Part shown: positions 58,940 through 64,000 of the stretch, piece by piece | Layout: each line of letters opens with the position of its first letter | How positions within the stretch are numbered: the first letter of the stretch is position 1 | DNA from: the human T2T-CHM13v2.0 reference genome, Homo sapiens | Direction: 5' to 3' (one strand) | Length of the DNA stretch: 64,000 nt | Assembly (NCBI RefSeq): GCF_009914755.1 | Contig: NC_060933.1 | Notes under the pieces: model-generated | What the model saw: the letters and a program-made list of their open reading frames with translations, nothing else | Told to the model about the DNA's origin: nothing | Databases searched by the model: none | Made by a program: the position numbers and the translations under genes

Positions 58940-61900
58940 TACAAAATGTTATACATACACATATATTATAAAATATCTACTATACATACTATATATTTTA
59001 TAGTAGATATAAAACATCTACTATATATAGATATTTATATTATATATTATAAAATATATAATATAATAATATATATTAATATAAAATATGATTTATAAAA
59101 TATAAAATACAATATATATTATATAAAATATATTAATATAAAATATATAAAATATATAAAATATATTAATATATAATATGAAATATATAAAATATATTCA
59201 TATATTTTATATATAAAATATATTAATATATATTATATAAAATATAATAATATATATTAATATATTTTATATAAAATATATTAATATATATTATATAACA
59301 TATAATAATATATATTAATATATTATATATAAAATATATTAATATATAATATATATTTTATATAAAATATATAATATATATTATATATAAAATATATAAT
59401 ATATATTAATGTATATTATACATAAAATATATTAATATATATTAATATATTATATATAATATATTAACATATATTATATGAAATATATTAACATATATTA
59501 CATATGAAATATATTAACATATATTACATATGAAATATATTAACATATATTACATATGAAATATATTAACATATATTACATATGAAATATATATTACATA
59601 TGAAATATATTAATATATTAATATATTATATATAAAATATATAACATATATAAAATATATTAACATATATTATATATAAAATGTATTAACATATGTTATA
59701 TATAAAATATATAAAATATAATAACATATGTTATATATAAAATATATTAACATATGTTATATATAAAATATATTAACATATGTTATATATAAATATATAA
59801 AATATATTAATATATGTAACATATATTTATATATTATATATAAAATATATAACATATATTTATATATTATATATAAAGTATATAACATATATTAATATAT
59901 ATGATATATAAAATATATAACATATATTAATATATATGATATATAAAATATATAACATATATTAATATATTATATATAATATATATAAATATATTATATA
60001 TAAAATATATGAAATATATTAATATATATTATATATAAAATATATGAAATTTATTAATATATATTATAATGAAATATATTATTATATATCATATGTATCA
60101 ATATATAATATATAAAATATATTTATATATTATATATTATATATTAATATATTATATATATTTATATATTATATATTAATATATTATATATATTTATATA
60201 TTATATATTATATATTTATTATATATTATATATAAAATATAAAAAATATATTTATATATGTTATATATAATATAAAAATATATTTATATATTCTATATAA
60301 AATATATTTATATATTATATATAAAATATATAAATATATATTATATAAAATATATAAATATATTTTATATAAAATATATTTTATATATCATATATAATAT
60401 ATTTTTTATATTATTATAAAATATATTATATAAGATATATAAAATACATTAATATATTCTATATAAAATATATAATATATTAATATATTATATATAAATA
60501 TAACATATATATTAATATAGCATATATAAAATATATAAAATATATGATATATGTTATAATATATAATATATACATATAGTACATTATATAATATATTTAT
60601 ATAATATATAATATATACATATAGCATATTATATATTATATAATATATAATATATACATATAGCATATTATATAATATATTATATAATATATAAATATAT
60701 TTCAAAATATATTATATATAAAAAATGTATAATACTATTTATATAATAATATATAATATAACATATTATATATAATATAAAATATATAATATAACATATT
60801 ATATATAATATAAAATATATAATATAACATATTATATATAATATAAAATATATAATATAACATATTATATATAATATAAAATATATAATATAACATATTA
60901 TATATAATATAAAATATATAATATAACATATTATATATAATATAAAATATATAATATAACATATATATAATATAAAATATATAACATATATATAATATAA
61001 AATATATAATATAACATATATATAATATAAAATATATAATATAACATATTATATATAATATAAAATATATAATATAACATATTATATATAATATAAAATA
61101 TATAATATAACATATTATATATAATATAAAATATATAATATAACATATTATATATAATATAAAATATATAATATAACATATTATATATAATATAAAATAT
61201 ATAATATAACATATTATATATAATATAAAATATATAATATAACATATATATAATATAAAATATATAATATAACATATTATATATAATATAAAATATATAA
61301 TATAACATATTATATATAATATAAAATATATAATATAACATATTATATATAATATAAAATATATAATATAACATATTATATATAATATAAAATATATAAT
61401 ATAACATATTATATATAATATAAAATATATAATATAACATATTATATATAATATAAAATATATAATATAACATATTATATATAATATAAAATATATAATA
61501 TAACATATTATATATAATATAAAATATATAATATAACATATATATAATATAAAATATATAATATAACATATATATAATATAAAATATATAATATAACATA
61601 TATATAATATAAAATATATAATATAACATATATATAATATAAAATATATAATATAACATATATATAATATAAAATATATAATATAACATATTATATATAA
61701 TATAAAATATATAATATAACATATTATATATAATATAAAATATATAATATAACATATTATATATAATATAAAATATATAATATAACATATTATATATAAT
61801 ATAAAATATATAATATAACATATTATATATAATATAAAATATATAATATAACATATTATATATAATATAAAATATATAATATAACATATTATATATAATA

Positions 61901-62430
61901 TAAAATATATAATATAACATATTATATATAATATAAAATATATAATATAACATATTATATATAATATAAAATATATAATATATATGATATATTTTATATA
62001 TCATATATATGATATATAAAATATATAATATAAAATATGTAACATATATTATATATAAAATATGTAACATATATTATATATAAAATATGTAACATATATT
62101 ATATATAAAATATGTAACATATATTATATATAAAATATATAATTTAAAATACATAATATATATTATATATAAATATATAATAAAAAATATATAATATATA
62201 TTATATATTAATATATTATGTATTTATATATAATATATTGTATTAAATATATATATTGTATTAAACATTATATATATTCTATAATAAACATAATATATTA
62301 TATAAAATATATATTCTATTATATATTATATATTTTATAACATACAGTATATATTATATATTTTATAATAAACATATGTATTATATGATATATAATGTAT
62401 AACATATAATATATAACTCTAGATATATAT
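58940..62430. repeat. ~3.5 kb extremely AT-rich compound tandem repeat domain
   Basis: Almost entirely A/T, with degenerate flanks and several short sub-arrays around a homogeneous core. Confidence 0.97.
60745..61980. repeat. Homogeneous AT-rich minisatellite: 33-bp unit AATATATAATATAACATATTATATATAATATAA with a 30-bp variant, roughly 38 units
   Basis: Units read directly from the sequence; mirrored by the YNMLYYIFYII / YMLYYIFYII periodicity in the ORF track. Confidence 0.95.
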
Positions 62431-63269
62431 AGTTAGTTATTTTTTGTTTGTTTGTTTTTTGGTAAAGAACACCATAATTCCTCTCTCTTGGGTGTGTGAC
62501 ACATTATAGAATTAAATGGCATCTATTTTGTCTTTGGGTAATATATTCCAATTACTAACATTATTTTTCCTTTGTGATACGCTTCCAATTCACCATTTTC
62601 TTCACTTCCCAAACTTTTACCTTTCTACAAAATGTATTCACTGGATAATAAGGATTATTTTTGCATTGGTGGAAAGCAAAACGAATTGGTCTAAATTTGC
62701 TTCTTTAGCATTCCTCAAGGCAATGTCCACTATTTTTAATAGCTGCAGTATTTTTTTTAGCTGACAGTAACAGTTCAGAAATGCCAAACCTTACCGCATT
62801 TGGCAAACAATATATATATTCTTGTTATTCAGAATATCATTACCTACACACACTCCATGCCACTTCATAAAATCTGAACCACTCTTTTTTGCATTAAATA
62901 TTATTCATAATGTTACAAAAATGAACCATCCATCCCAGGTAATCCCATACTCCCCTTCCATTTTTTATTCTCCTTTTGCTTTTTCTGTTTCTTCTTTTCT
63001 GAAATAACATTCTGCATACTCTTATGTTTCTTGATTACCCAGAGTCCTGTTTCCAGCAGCATCAAGGTTACTGTTTTTCTGAAAACCAGAGCTGTTTCTT
63101 TGAACTTCGAATATTTAAAATATTTAAATATTTAAAAATTTATTAAGACTTTCAAAAAATATTTATAAGCATATGCCATCGAAAAGAATGTTCATTTTGC
63201 AGTTGTTTGATGTATTTTTCTCTAAATGTCAGGTCAAGTTAATGGTGTTCAAATCTCCTGTAACTTTTT

Positions 63270-64000
63270 TTTTCTTTTTTTAAATTTTTATTTATGTATT
63301 TATTTTTATTATTATACTTTAAGTTCTGGGATACATGTGCAGAATGTGTAGGTTTGTTACATAGGCATACAATGCCATGGTGGTTGGCTGCACACATCAA
63401 CCCATCATCTACATTAGGTATTTCTCCTAATGCTATCCCTCTTCTAGCCTCCAACACCCCTGACAGGCCCTGGTGTGTGATGTTCCCCTCCCTGTGTCCA
63501 TGTGTTCTCATTGTTCAACTCCCACTAATGAGTGAGAACATGCGGTGTTTGCTTTTCTGTTCCTGTGTTAGTTTGCTGAGAATGATGATTTCCAGCTTTA
63601 TCCATATCCCTGCAAAGGAGATGAACTCATGTTTCTTTATGGCTCCATAGAATTCCATGGTGTATATGTGCCACATTTTCTGTATCCCGTCTATCATTGA
63701 TGGGAATTTGAGTTGGTTCCAAGTCTTTGCTATTTATTGTGAATAGCACTGCAGTAAAAATATGTGTGCATGTGTCTTTATAGTAGAATGATTTATCATC
63801 CTTTGGGTATATACCCAGTGATGGGATTGCTGGATCAAATGGTATTTCTAGTTCTAGATCCTTGAGGAATTGCCACACTGTCTTCCACAATGGTTGAACT
63901 AATTTACACTTCTGCCAACAGTGTAAAAGCGTTCCTATTTCTCCACATCTTCTCCAGCATCTGTTATTTCCTGACTTTTTAATGATCGCCATTCTAACTG
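63270..64000 (-). mobile_element. L1PA (about L1PA7-like) 3' end, continuing beyond the window
   Basis: ORF2 C-terminus [35 protein letters not shown] (63,627-63,992), 3' UTR and T-rich tail. Confidence 0.93.

Noticed and set aside
60931-62070. 379-aa Tyr/Ile-rich ORF, the longest in the window
   Set aside because: Artefact of 33- and 30-bp repeat units (multiples of 3) that lack a stop in one frame; no gene context.

Overview
Primate (most likely human) AT-rich, gene-poor genomic DNA that is heavily layered with interspersed repeats. I find no intact protein-coding gene, RNA gene, CRISPR array or prokaryote-type system. The only gene-derived feature is an intronless, multiply disabled processed pseudogene of mitochondrial NAD-dependent malic enzyme (ME2) on the minus strand (~14,920-17,957; probably ME2P1). 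It has a candidate 9-bp target-site duplication (TSD), a CpG-rich 5' end and an Alu in its 3' UTR. The rest is nested mobile DNA: L1s of several ages, Alus (J/S/Y types), two MaLR (THE1/MST) proviruses, solo LTRs (THE1, MST, MLT1/MST, MER51, others), a near full-length Tigger1, and MER20, MIR and L2 remnants. A ~3.5 kb almost pure A/T repeat domain (58,940-62,430) has a homogeneous 33/30-bp minisatellite core. The most interesting observations are structural: that minisatellite, CpG retention at the pseudogene 5' end, a templated-insertion repair scar in Tigger1, an internally deleted but TSD-flanked L1, a ~79-bp monomer array in an old L1 5' UTR, and a trimeric Alu. Repeat subfamily names come from recalled consensus features, not from a database search, and I cannot support a claim of a new biological system here.
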